From Camelus ferus (Eukaryota): a stretch of 64,000 bases of DNA. The translations under genes and the position numbers were made by a program. The notes beneath the pieces are model-generated. The model saw only the letters and a program-made list of their open reading frames with translations, was not told where the DNA came from and did no database searches. Each line of letters opens with the position of its first letter. The stretch's first letter is position 1. This document shows, one piece after another, positions 1-12,500 of this stretch. The stretch covers positions 55,678,001 to 55,742,000 of the forward strand of contig NC_045696.1 in the NCBI RefSeq assembly GCF_009834535.1, read 5' to 3'.

Positions 1-620
1 GAGAGACGGAGGGGCAACCTCTTCGGGACTAACTCATGAAGAACAAGGGTGCCAAGCAGAAGCTGAAACGAAAGGGAGCCGCCAGCGCCTTTGGCTGTGA
101 CCTGACGGAATATCTGGAAAGCTCAGGACAGGATGGTAAAGTGCCTTCGCCTCCCCCACCCCCGTCTTTTTGTTTTAGAGAGAGAGGGACTCTCCTAGGG
201 TGTGCTATATTCAATTCACAAGTTAATGTAATCCAGGCCTGTGCGCCGTTGTACTTTTTTTTTTAAAGAACATACAAGATTCTTAAGGTGCATAGCGCTG
301 CCACCCCGACGTGCAGAGGTTGTGTCAGTCCTTCCGTTTGTGTCACACAAGCCGTTAATGGGCGGTGCTGCTTCAAGTTTAACGGGCTGCCTCTGGGGGG
401 TGGGGGTGGAGGCTCGAGAGGTACTGATCCAGAACTTCGGACATCGGAAGGGAAGGAGGAGGGCTGGACTTGTGGGATGGTGTTCAGTGGGCTTCTCTGG
501 GTACATAATTATGACCGCCTTAGGTGTCCCTCCCGGGCTGTCCAATTTCATCCGCTCACATCTTTTTTTATTAATGTGCTGGAAGGCAGGGGGTGCGGTG
601 GATCCTGGCCGGGGGAGTGG
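1..620. promoter_or_regulatory. 3' edge of the CpG-rich promoter / first-exon region of ARHGAP31
   Basis: CpG dinucleotides are visibly retained through exon 1 and the first ~500 nt of intron 1, unlike the CpG-depleted sequence downstream. The TSS is probably upstream of the window. Confidence 0.55.
36..135 (+). CDS. ARHGAP31: ARHGAP31 (CdGAP) coding exon 1: MKNKGAKQKLKRKGAASAFGCDLTEYLESSGQD plus first base of V34
   Basis: Translation matches the N-terminus of ARHGAP31 as I recall it. In-frame TAA at 30-32 precedes ATG 36. Donor G|GTAAAG at 135/136. 100 nt, ends in phase 1, compatible with exon 2. Confidence 0.97.
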
Positions 621-1734
621 TTGCACAAACATTTTCTGAATTTCTGAACTGATGCCAAATATATAGTACCTCCCTCTCTCCCCTTCCCACCCCCTCAGAC
701 CCTTTACCTCCTCTTGGCTTTCAAATTAGCATTTGGTGTGTCAGACCAGAAGAGTGTTGTAAAAAGGTCAGAGGGCCTTGATTTTAAAATAGTTTAGGAT
801 AAGTAAAAGAACAGGAGAGCCTCTTGGTTTTCAAGGTCAGATTGGTGGGGCGGGGATCCTGAGGAGAAGAGACAATTTAAACATTTGTTGGGGGAGGGTG
901 AAAGAAAATAGTCCAGAATACAATAACAGCATCTGAGGTTAGATGTTTTTACTCATAGGGATGTTGGGGAAATTGAGCATTAAATGACTCCTTTTGTAAG
1001 GTTGACTGGCCCTGCACTTACCCATGACAAAAAGGCCTTGTCTTCAGAAACTTCAGTGAGAGAGAAATAAGTCCACTATATGGGCCCTGTGTTTATACAT
1101 AGAGAGATGCAACAAAGGGGGGAAATGAAGGGCTGTTTAACTGTGCAGAATAATTCTGCCTCCAGGAAAGTTATCTCAAAAATGATTTGATTAGCTCATA
1201 TCAAATGTGCATCTCAAAAACAGAGCAATGCTTTTGTTTCTATTTCTTTTTTTTTTTTTTTAAAGACTTAGCACCACCTAGTAATTTGCAGTGGTGTGAT
1301 ATTCCTGCGGTAGTCTTGAGTTCAGTCTGCCGTGTCATTCGGACAAATAGCTTAGTATCTTACAGCTGGGGGACCACAGGTTTTGAAACTGCCTCTTTTG
1401 AAATTGGGACACAACTGAATCAATTCATTTAATCCTCTCCAACAATCTGGAAATGGAAATCTTGAAATAACATTGCTTGGATTGAGTTGTTTTGAGTGTG
1501 AGAGAACTCCAAATGTGCATCTTAACCACTACCCCCAGAAGTTCAGAATGAAATGTTGACCTCTGCCTGTTTTTGCAGAGGGCCTTCATGTTAAGTCCAG
1601 GTTCACTTAATGCTCGCAGATACCACGTTCCACCATGTGGGTGCTGCTCTGGGCTCTCACTCCAAAGCTGAGAGTTGCATCGAGCTGCTGCTCAGTCCTG
1701 CCCTATTCTTACCACGTCACAGATCATAGGATGA

Positions 1735-1895
1735 GCCAGGAATCGCAGGGTTCTATGAAGACACCTCAAAGGCAGCCTTAGACAGTTCCTCTTTCACCTG
1801 CTTTATATTTGAGGTTTTCACGTATGTTTCAGTTGGAATAAAAAGAAAAGGGGCTACTGCTTAAACAAACAAACAAAAAAATTGAAAACCAATTC
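1735..1895. mobile_element. MER103C-like hAT-Charlie DNA transposon fossil
   Basis: Resembles recalled consensus: ...cacctgctttatatttgagg...aaaggggctactgctt...aaaattgaaaacca (degenerate terminal GAAAACCACTG). Confidence 0.5.
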
Positions 1896-3689
1896 CCAGT
1901 GCTCCCTGCCCTGGGAGGGAGGGTAGGGTTGGTGAGTGCACAGTGGTAAATTGACCTGCCTAAGGTCATACCATCAATCATGGAGGATGCAGAGGGCTCT
2001 GGCACCCTAGGCTCCTCTCTCCCCTCTCTGGCTTCCTTGTCTAGGCCAACATTCTCCTCTAATGATTTTTCCCCCTAAATTGAAAGCAGAGAGCCCTGCC
2101 CCAGGATCAGCAAACTTTCAAGACTGACATACCTGCGTAAAGTTCTGCTGTGAAACAGAAGGAAACTGACCCACTCAATCATCCATACACCATTATTGTG
2201 CCATGTGGGAATTAGCCACGCATGATAAGCAGCTTACATAAATAAGAATAATTGGGATTTCTTTTTTCTCACATCTAAAACTAGTTAGGTGGTTGTCTCA
2301 TTTTTGTTATAGTGTAGCATCAATAAATAGTCAGTGCCAATGGTTTTCTCTAAAACAATGTGTCCTCCTTGTGGACTTTCTGAAACATGTATCAGTTAAT
2401 AGACGAGGCCTGGACTCTGCCCCCAGGGAGGAAAAGCTGACCTGGGCAGTGCCCCTTTGCCCACCATCTTGAAAGTTCAGCCCAGAATCCTAAGGGTGAC
2501 AAGTCAGTGTGGTAACTAGGATCCAGAAGGCTAGAGAGGGCCTCACCAGGCTGACATCACAGTTACTCATCTTTGGAGGTCAAGGATAGAATGATAGACC
2601 TGGGTAGAGACAGAGAAAAATGGATTCAGGTCTAAGAGCACAAGGGCAGAAGGAAAGAACAGAGATGTGGGGAAGCCACGAAACTCTGGTGCTTGGGAGG
2701 GAGGGAAAGCCCTGAGCTGGGGTGCAGGACAAAGCTGGTGACAGCTGAGCTCAGGCCACCTGAACATGGGGAAGCTGCACCCTTGGACTGAGCACAGAAG
2801 ATGAATGTCATCCACATCTGTAATTTGCTGTAGCCCAGCCCTGCTGCCTTTGGTTGGACAGATCTGATGGGGCAGGGTATGCAGGTGACAAATAGGTGTT
2901 CAGCTTAAAGCAGACGTTGCTCAGGGCCAGTTGTCATCCTTGATCTTTAGGAAACTGATGAAAACCAGAAACCTTTCCCTTATACACACACACACACAAA
3001 TCCTGTATACAGTTGCATCCAAATGGATGCCACATTCAGACCCTGCTGTTGATTGTACCCAGCTGCACATGGGGCTGATGTGAAGGGCCAATTTCCCCCT
3101 TTTGTTTTTTTTGACCACTTCTCCAGCCTGGTGAGATCATCCGAGAATGGCATGAAATTGCTTCTGGCCAACTTGGCCAGTATTTCTCTCACTTCCCCTC
3201 CAGCACAGTGGCTGCTGCCCCAACCCTCAGCTCTCCCTTCGGAACCAGATAACTTTCTCTTCCTGTCTGTAATAGAGGGAGAAGAGCATCCCTTTCTCAC
3301 TGCTGATGCTGAAAATAGTACACTTTTCTTTTTCTTCTTTTTGACCACTGATACGAAGACCCTTGCTTGCAGCTATGTAATGAAAACCACATCATTTTGA
3401 TGCCTGTGGTTGGGAGGCCATGGGTGAAGCTCTGTGAGGCCACAGTGCAGCCGTGAGCATTTCCTACCTCTCCCCTCTGAGCCAAGTGCTCTGGGTCTTC
3501 CCACAGTGCTTGGAAATGCTGGGGCCAGGAGTCAAGGGCCCAGTAAGAGAGCATTACAGGAAGGCCATCTTCTGCCGCTATGCTGGTCCCACTCTAAGAG
3601 CTGAGGATGTCCTCTCACTTCCCAATAATCTCGGCCATTTTACTCACTCCCTGGTAACAAGTGTCAACGTGGTGATTTGCCATCATGGC

Positions 3690-3845
3690 GGCCCAATAGA
3701 ATCACCTCGGGAGCTTTAAAAAAACACTGATGTCCAGGCCCCCTCTCAGAACGATTAAATCAGAATCTCTTGGTGCCCAGGCATGGGTATGTTTTAAAAG
3801 CTTCCTAGATGATTCTGATATACAGGCAGAGATGAGAACCATTGC
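3690..3845. mobile_element. MER5-family (hAT-Charlie) DNA transposon fossil
   Basis: agaatcacctcgggagctt...aaatcagaatctct...gatgattctgat...tgagaaccattg, typical MER5 motifs and terminus. Confidence 0.7.
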
Positions 3846-4243
3846 TTATGGTGCAGGGGGTTACAGATCATTTTCCTCGGATAAGCAACCTTGACTATTC
3901 AGAATGTATCCTCTGAATGTTTGACAAGAACATGATTCCTGAAGTTTTTTTTTTCCTAGTTCTTATCAGGTTGAAGAGAAAAAACTATATATATGTATTT
4001 GATTTGAGGGATTACAGAGGTTCATAAGAAATAAATAAAGAGCCATTGCAAAATATAATTTTAAGCTTGATGAGAGTAAAAGGGCCCCAGTATTCCAAAG
4101 AGCCAGGATAAGATAAAGGGAACTTGTAGCTGTTCTACATTTCTGAGGCTGAATCATTTTCTCACTTTGTTCACTGATTTAACAAACATGTATAAGGTGC
4201 TTTGGGAGAGAAACAGGCATCCAGACTCAAGAAATTTAGTCTT

Positions 4244-4393
4244 GAAGGAGGGTATAGGTCAGTGGTAGAGTGCATGTCTACCATGCACAAGGTCGTGGGT
4301 TCAATCCCCAGTACCTCCTTTAAAAATAAATAAACCTAATTACCTCCCCCTGCAAAAAATTAAGAAAATAAAAATAAATAACTTTTTAAAAAA
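4244..4393 (+). mobile_element. tRNA(Ala)-derived SINE of camelid type
   Basis: Pol III box A-like TAGGTCAGTGG 4255-4265 and box B GGTTCAATCC 4298-4307; tRNA-like stem tgcatg...catgca; body AAATAAACCTAATTACCTCCCCC; A-rich tail. Matches the camelid SINE as I recall it. Confidence 0.8.
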
Positions 4394-4849
4394 TTTGGGA
4401 GTGGAGACACCATGAGAACATTTATGTTTCAAATTTTTAAAAAAATCTACAGTCTAAGGGATGTGAACAAACTTTCAGAAACCAATAGCTCAATTAAGCG
4501 CTTTGAAGTTTGCCGTCATAACCAAAGGAGAAAATAGGAAAGTTTTTTATCTTCAATTCAGTAGATAAGAAACCCAAACACAGATAGGAGCAAAGTCTCA
4601 GCAAGGAAGGTGAACATTTTTCTGTTCAAGAGAAGATTTAACACTGAATGGAGAATCAAGGCAGGCATATTCCCTTTGGCTTGGTTGTTTTCTTCCCAGC
4701 ATCTTGCCTGGCACCTGCTTATCACCACTTCCCGAGCTAACTTTTCATGCTTTGGGTCTCAGCTGCTTCTAGAAGCCTTCCCCGATCCTCCCAAGTCAGG
4801 TGCCCCACGCTGAAGGCTCCCATTAGGAATTCTGGAAGCCTTCTGCCTG

Positions 4850-5020
4850 GGGTAGAATCCTAACTTTGTTCCCAGCTGAGTGACCCTGGAGCAAGTTACT
4901 TACCTCCCTGGGTCTCAGTTTCCTCACTTGTGAAATGGGGATTAGAGGACTGATGTGGAGAGAAATGAGTTACAATGGGCAAAGCACTAAGCAGAGGGCA
5001 TGCATAGGGTCAGCTGTGCA
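4850..5020 (+). mobile_element. MIR SINE
   Basis: MIR core gtgacc...gcaagttacttacctccctgggtctcagtttcctcacttgtgaaatgggg. Confidence 0.75.
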
Positions 5021-6864
5021 TGTAGCTCTCATCATAACACCCTGGACTTGCTCCGCATAACCACACACTATCTGTGACTGAGTGGATGAGGGCTGCAATG
5101 AAACCGGGAAATGATATGGTCAGATGGGCTAATCAGTCACCAAGAGGGAGGAAGCACACTAGTTGTCCCACTGAATGGAGGGTTCCCACAGGGATTTCCC
5201 AGAGCCACTGGGGAGTGGACCAGTAGTATTTAGTGGTGGGAGAGCAAGATGTTACCTGAAACTAAAGGGCCCTCAGAAAGATCTGAGAAACTGAAAGAGA
5301 AGTCAGGTCCTGGAGGTGGAGTTAGTGGAGATCAAATAATCCCCTCATGGGCTTGAGTTTAGAGGGGCATTCTCGAATCGGGACTCCCACAGTGAAACAG
5401 GAAGACGAAAAGAGGAGAATTAAGGCTTTAAACCTGGGCAGAGTGACAGATGGCATGAAGCAGAACTGTAACTTCCTCTGTGTGGTCTGGATGTGGAAAA
5501 CAGCACCCCACCCCACCCCCGGGAGGATGGACATGGCTATTCCACCTACCTGCACCCCTCCCTCTCCAGATCTCTGCCCAGAGCCCCCTGACCACAGGTG
5601 TGGCCTCGCCCTGCCTCCAGCCCTACCACCCCCACTGGCAGCCACACAGATGCCTTCCAGCCTCTGGAGACCCAGGTGTTGGGATACCTAAGGAAGCCCT
5701 TGCCTCTGCCACCCCAGACCTGCCCTGGAGCCCAGCGGACCATCTGCTGGGGCGGAGGGAAACATGTTGAAACTAGGAAGCGGTTTTCGCGTAGACAAGG
5801 CTGTAAGTGCTGGGTAAGCTCCCCACTGCCATTGGAGTGGTGGGTTTTGATGCCTTCTTTTTATTTCCCCCCTCAGCCTGTTAGGCATCTGTGGGCTAGC
5901 CTGGAAACCTTTCTCTGTGGGGTTGAGGAAGAGGGGAGAACACATTCTGAATTCCAGAGGCTGACTGACCAAGGCAGTTGTGAAGGTTTGTCCCTGGGGG
6001 TCACCACAATGCAGAAAGTTGCAGGGGTTCTGTGGTGGAGGATGGGAGAGGAGGACGGGGCTGGGAGGTCCAGGACTCAGTCAGGGGATACGAAGTGCCT
6101 CCAGCCCTCATCCATTAGTTATTGTAGCTCAGAACTTTTGGAACAAAGTAGAGCTCGACCCTCCTGCTTGGGGCTCCCTGGTGCTCATTTCCTCCAGAAC
6201 AGGCCGGTCAGTGTGAACTGCCCCGACCCTGCTCACACACACACACCGTCCTGGCCTCTGCGCTCTGGGCCTCAGAACTCCACTTCCTCTGTTGGTTCCT
6301 TCACACCAGTCTTGAGCCCCGGGAACATGGAGCTACTCGCTTTTTTGGTCTTCTGTTGTGTTTTCTTCTTCGCTCATTGCTTGCCATGCATTTAAGGCAA
6401 GATGGCATTTCCGCACATATTGTCATTCTTCAAATTAATTTTCTTTTTGCTTACAGCAAAAATGTCCCAACATAAATGTCACGCTACAGTTTAACTGGTT
6501 TTGGTGTTCTGCCCTCAAAGTATTGTCCTGACTGAGGTGGGGCCCCCGCCTGAGGGAACTCCAGAAGTCTAGAGAGCACCCCCACACACACCTTCCCCTC
6601 AGGGTGCAATTTTAGGTAAGGTTCAAAATAAAGAACCCCTGAGGAAACATGCTGACTTCAGTTCAGAAGAGAATAGATACTAGTACTAGGTCTTTTTTAA
6701 GAGCAACTTTTGATGGAGGAAGATGGTTGCATTAGGCTGCTGGATGGCTTAAGAAAGAGGGAGGGGCAGCCCTTTGGAAGGAGAGAAAGGCCCCAGAAAT
6801 GAAGGCTGAGCCCCAGATCACACCTGATTGTTATTTTCATTAGCAGAGTTACAGTCTGCACTGA

Positions 6865-7060
6865 TTGCTTACTATGTGCCAGTCACTTTACACATACAAA
6901 GTAATGGTTTTGAAATCCGTAAGAATTGGGCATTTCCCCCCATTTTTACAGAGGAGCAAACTCAGATCCAAGAGGTTAACTCACTTGTCAAGATTACAGA
7001 GATAAGAAAGGCAGGATTTAAATCCAGATCCATCTGACTCCCAAGGCCATGGTCTTAGGC
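6865..7060 (-). mobile_element. MIR SINE
   Basis: Reverse core cccatttttacagaggagcaaactcag...aactcacttgtcaag...ggatttaaatccag. Confidence 0.75.
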
Positions 7061-8854
7061 ACGAACACAATCTCCCAAAATAGCATATTTCATAATTTGG
7101 CATTTATGTTACAGTTTTATCAAGAAAAAAAGAACAAACCTGCAAAAAGTGGCTTTTTCTCCCTTTGCATTGTACTTCCCCCAGCCTAGATCAGGAATGG
7201 TGATAGTAACAGCACCTCGCCCTCTGCCAAGCGCCTTTCACACACACTTACTCTAAACCTACTTACCAGCTTCAAGTCCAGCTAGACCCCACCTTTCCCT
7301 CCTAGCACCTCCCTGACCACTGTAGCCACAACCCTTCTTCCCTCTTGGAACGGCCCCTTCCTTAGGGTCAGAGGCACCCCATTTGGTCTTCGTTCTACCT
7401 GTTAGTCTGTTTTCTCACTGGCTTTGTGTTTGCAAGTGGATGGTGAGCTCTGCTGAAGGCAGGTGGCAGCTCACGCAAATTGGTAGCTCACTGGCCTCTC
7501 AGGGAGAGCCCCACCGCCAACACACAGCCGTGATGATCCACCCTATTTCCTCCTCAAGAAGCCAGAGTTTGAACCCTTCTAGGAAGCTCAGGGCCTGGGA
7601 TGTTGCTGATGTGCTGGAATATCAGGAATCCAAGATTGTTCAAGGTTCCCCACAAGGGCACATTAACTACCCCCAGATAGAAACCGACCCCGACTTTTCA
7701 CAGGATGCCCCAGAAACACTGCCTTTTCCCAGTGCCTCCCAGTCACTCCTTGGTATGAACCACATTCTTGGCGGGGCCCTAGAACCAACTGAGTTTCTGG
7801 GATCGAGTCTCAGGCACTCTTTGTTCTAGTTCAAGCTTGGCTGATACATTCCAGGCCCCGGTGCCCCGCCCATGGCCTGATGCTGGCCCAGAATGCCTCT
7901 GGGGGCCCCTCCTCACCACCCCCCAGAGGGAGAGGGGTGAATGTCACCCTCTCAAAAAGCAACATATACCAGCTCTTGCTATTACAGACAGCAGAAAACA
8001 GTTCAACACATAAAGTAGGAGTCTGACAAACTGTAAATAAATCTATACCCTTTGTGAATTTAGCTAATTTGTATAATTATGCATATTTCTTTCCCTGGCT
8101 CTTTTCATATTTTTGTTCAGAAACCATCTTGTATGGGGCTTTCAATTCAATGCAACAAACATTTAGTGGGATCCTAATGTGCTAGACACTCTTGGGCTTA
8201 CAGGAGGCTCTCAAGTTGCTCTCAACCTAGTGGGGTTGCATAAGACGGGAAACAACTAGAAGAGTACCAAGAATGTAATGAGGGTTCTAGAGAGGGCAAG
8301 CAGGGGATGTTAACATGTGAGGTAGCCAAGTGAAAGAGAAATATCAGAGTGGGTTCTTTGTAAGAGGGAAAAGTCAATGAAATGATAACTATCATCTGAC
8401 TCGTGAGGAATGACGGAGATATGGAGAGATGGGGTGGTTGGTTTTTGCAGACAGGAAGCCACATGGTTTTGCCTGATACTTGTAATTGGTCACGCCTTCT
8501 TGCGCCCTGGGGAAGAAGATGCTTAAACTGTGGGAAAGTTGGTTGAGAGTGACTTACAATGGCCAGGCTTGGAGGCAGGTACCCTGGCCGGCTGACAGAA
8601 GCTGTCTTCAATGGCAGGAGGCTGATCCTACCCTCAGGAGAAGGCACTGTACCTGATCACAGCAAGATGGCAGTTAGCTTGGCTATGCCTTGTCCTGTCC
8701 AAAGGCAGGGGAATGGAAGTTTCTGTTAAAAGGTAGAACTTTAAGAAGTGATGTTAACTGACCACCCTAATTGTTTCTTGATTAAATCTAACAGTGCACT
8801 ATAAATGTGCGACCTCAACTTCTCCCCACTGTGTGTGGAAAGTTCTGTTTTGCC

Positions 8855-8960
8855 CCCCATTTTATATATGAAGACTAACTCAGAGAGGTTAAGCAACTTG
8901 CTTAACATCACGCAGCTAGGAGTTGGGAGAACAAGGCCTCAAACCACATCTGCCTGACAT
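8855..8960 (-). mobile_element. MIR SINE fragment
   Basis: cccattttatatatgaagactaactcagagaggttaagcaacttgc. Confidence 0.65.
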
Positions 8961-10239
8961 TAAGGATTCCCCTCATGCAGCTTTGTCTCCCCTGGACCCA
9001 AAGAGCTGCAGTTATGCTGACAGTAAAACAGGGTCTGATATGCAGAGCTCCATGTAACCATGCATTGTGCCAAGGTGGTAAGTTCAGTAGGATTTAGTTC
9101 GACTTTAACAAAACTTCTGGCAATGGAGTTCCCATCCTCAGTTTTTCAAAGTCAAACATTTCGTTTCCAAATGGCAGGATTCTAAACAGAGCGCATGCCC
9201 TGTTACCATAAGTAGCCCCTTCCACCGCTGCTTTCCCATCTGTTTCCTGCACGCTGAGTATTATTGGGAAACAATGATGTCAACTCTTCCATATAAATCT
9301 GCACCTCCCTGCTTGCCCCTCCCCTACAATGCATATTTTTGTTCCTCTTTCTGGCTTTTGTCTTGCTGTTCTGTTCTTTAAGGACTCACGCTTTTTGGCG
9401 TCCATTGTTGGCTTTTTTTTTTTTTTTAATAAGTTTTAGCTATTTAAGCTTCATTGTGGCCTTCAAAGTGCACATGCTTTCTTGGGTCCATATTTGGAAA
9501 ATCCTTTGTTTGGCTGATAGCTAGAGTATGAGCCTGGTGTGAATGGGGAGAAGCCATTTTGCTTTCTGGAGAAGCAAAGCTCCATGCAGGGCTCTGTATC
9601 GGGTTCAGGGCTGAGGACACAAACCCAGCTTGGGGGCTCTCAGGGGCTGCCTTAGAGCTGTTTGGACCCTGGGCACAGAGCCTGCAGCTGAAGCTCAGGA
9701 AAATATACCCATCAAGTTACCTGTTTGCCCTCACCCAAGCCTGACTCTCAGACGAGACTAGGTTTCCTCAGTTCCTTTTTTTTCTTACTGCCCCTAAAGA
9801 CAACTTGGTTTCAGAAAGGAAAGGGGGTGCTGTTCTGGGGGTGGGTGGGAGGGGGGAGTATGAGTTTTGATTTCTGGGTGCAAAAATTCTGGACCTCTCT
9901 TTTTAAGCCTCAGGCAATGATACTTAAACTTTACTGGGCATAAGGATGACTAAAAATGTATTTATTTTTAAAACGTAATTTAATTTAAAATTTAATTTCA
10001 AAATTTAAAAAATACTGGTTAAATTTTAGTACACTATTAGTACACAATAAGGAGTATTAGAAGTTCTCCTTAAATTCCATTTTGGACTCCTCGAAACAAA
10101 GTGGACTTCTGATAAGTGTTTCAAATGGGCATTTGCGTAGGTCCTGTAAGGATCTGGGTCTGTGGAGAAAACATGATCCCACTGAATGAGTTTCTACAGT
10201 TTACAGGGCTGCAAGCCTTGAAGTGCCACTGTAGACCAG

Positions 10240-10360
10240 TGTTCTAAGGCCAGTCTCTCTGCTTTTGTGGGTCTGAGGTGGGGCCCAGGAATCCGCATTT
10301 TCGAAGATGAACTCCAGGTGACTGTGATGTGTTTGGCCTACTGATCTCACTTTGACTAGC
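10240..10360. mobile_element. MER5A-like fragment
   Basis: gggtctgaggtggggcccaggaatccgcatttt...ctccaggtgactgtgatg. Confidence 0.6.
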
Positions 10361-10639
10361 TTGTAAAACGAAGCAGCTAAGTGAAAGCACGTGATTTTCT
10401 TTTTTCATTATATTTTTTATATTGCTCAAAATTTCAACAGTGAACATGTATTTTGGCTATTTAAATTGAGGAAAAACTCTTTTCAAGTTAGTATGGGAAT
10501 AGGGTGTCTTGATTCCTTGAATTTTTCATGAAGTCCCTTTGTTCCAATCCTTATTTTCAAAAAAGAATCTTCATAAAGTCTGTTAGTTTGCTTTCTTGCC
10601 TTAATAGATGCAGATTAGTGAAATCAGTTCACCTCTCTG

Positions 10640-10905
10640 AGAAGCAGTGCATGTAGCAAGGTGGTTAGTGTGTGGCTTGTGTGCTGATAGTCTGCCTTGG
10701 TTCAGACCCCAGCTCTACCACGTGCTAGCTTTGTGACCGTGGATGAGATACCAAACCTCTCTGTGCCTCAGTTCCTTCATCTATAAATTGGGAATTGTAA
10801 GAATAATAGTGCCTATCACACAGGGTCCTTATAAGGATTAAATAAACTAGTGTACTGCCTGGAATTTAGTTAACCTTCTGTAAGTGTTAACTGTGGTTAT
10901 TATTT
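10640..10905 (+). mobile_element. Near full-length MIR SINE
   Basis: tRNA-like head (ggttcagaccccagctctacc), core aacctctctgtgcctcagttccttcatctataaattggg, tail taagtgttaactgtggttattatt. Confidence 0.8.
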
Positions 10906-11759
10906 CCTTGGTGATTGGAAAGCTTATCCTGTTTCAGCCTCATTACTCAGAATGTGGTTCCTGAGTAATGCTACAGTCGAGGAAGTTGAGAGAGCTGAGA
11001 ACATATATTCCAGGGCTCCCATGTATCCCTAAGGGCTTCTACTTAAAAAAATAGATAGATAGATAGACAGACACGTAATTATTTGTTTCCTTTGGTTGAA
11101 TGAATAAAAATGCTAGTTTTAAGATCCTTATCTGTTGATAAATATTTCTGGGGTGGGAATTTGGTAAACTTTCTAAATTTTACATTTCTTTAATAACCAG
11201 AAACAGAAAACTACTTAACAAATCTGAAAAGAAATGAAATGAGGGATATGGGTTATGGCAAGAGGCAATCATCATAGTGACACCCAGCCAACCGTCTAGT
11301 TTCCATCTGTGTTTCAGGAGAGTTATGAATCTGGAAGATGAGCCTGGCTCTGTCGCTGATGGACCAGTGTAAGGCCGGGTTTCAGTGGCCCCACAGGACA
11401 TTCCACATGTGCCTGTTGCTTTGCCCCACACTGCATTTTGGCAGCTGACTGAGTGAGGTATACCTGGCTCCATCTTAGGTTCTATGACTGCAGAGTGTGT
11501 GGATCGAGGGGTCCACGCTGCCCTCTTCACAGGTCGAATCAAATAGGGCGTCTGTGTCCATTTCTCAGTGCTCTGTTTGAAGATGGAAGCTTACACATAG
11601 AAGTATCTTTAGGAAGGTGATCAGGATGGTGAAGTTTGGACCTTCATTACCTCTGACCTCCAACCACTGTCATAGTTTCCTAAATTGTCTCCTTCCTTGA
11701 GTAGAGAGAAAATGAGCTCCTTGAAGACTGACCGTTGTCTGTTCATCTGCATGTTACAT

Positions 11760-12096
11760 GTCTGCGGGCAATGGTTCCTTTCTGGACGCTCCTGGGAAGA
11801 ATGCATTTCTTTGCCTTTTCCTGCTTTTAGAGGCTGCCCTCGTCTCTTGGCTCCTGGCCCCTCATCCCATTGCTTTTGCTCTGTCTGCTCCATCCTCACA
11901 TGGACTTCTGTCTGATCGCCTGCCTTTCTCTCATAAAGATCTGGTGATTACATCAGATAATCCAAAATAAACTCATCTCAAGATCCTTAGCTTGATCACA
12001 TCTGCAAAAACCCCTTTAGCTATATGAGGCAACATTCACAGATCCCAGGAATCAGGACATGGATTTCTTTGGGGCACCGTTACTCAACCTACCACA
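11760..12096 (-). mobile_element. MLT1-family (ERVL-MaLR) solo LTR, partial
   Basis: gataatcc...catctcaagatccttagcttgatcacatctgcaaa...aacattcacag...ggacatggat; ends cctaccaca, i.e. TGTGGTAGG at the LTR start on the - strand. Confidence 0.8.
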
Positions 12097-12189
12097 GTCT
12101 GTTTTCCCCACAGAACATGGTTGGCTCAATAGCTATTAGTAGTGTGAATGAAGGGAACAGGGTGGTGGTTGTGGGAGGGAGGAAGAGAT

Positions 12190-12500
12190 GGACATTCACT
12201 AAGCACTTACTATGCACTGGGCGTGGGGTCAGCTGGGACACAGGGATGAACAGGCACTGTCTGTCCCTGTGGGGGCTCATCATCCCGCGCAGGAGGTGGA
12301 CACATCTTCCACTGAGCCTTACAAACCACAGGAGGAAGTGGATGTCATCAATTCTGACTCGGAGGAGCTAGATCTTTGAAGAGGAGTGGAATCTGAATAG
12401 TCTCTGCCTGAAGGGAAGATATTCCAGACAGAGGGAACAATACAAACAAAGGTGTTGAGGTGCAAAAATACTGTGGCAGGACCAACATTCTCAAAAGAAG
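12190..12500 (-). mobile_element. L2 LINE 3' fragment
   Basis: cattcactaagcacttactatgcactggg...ctgtccctgtgggggctcatcatc...gggaagatattccagacagagggaaca...aaaggtgttgagg. Confidence 0.65.

Noticed and set aside
36..266. 76-aa ORF as a complete small protein
   Set aside because: It is exon 1 read through the donor at 136 into intron; similarity to ARHGAP31 ends at D33.
4247..4318. Functional tRNA gene
   Set aside because: Mutated box A and anticodon loop, followed by a SINE body and A-rich tail.
5598..6395. Longest ORF in the window (265 aa)
   Set aside because: Non-ATG start, no recognisable domain, composition typical of GC-rich non-coding DNA.
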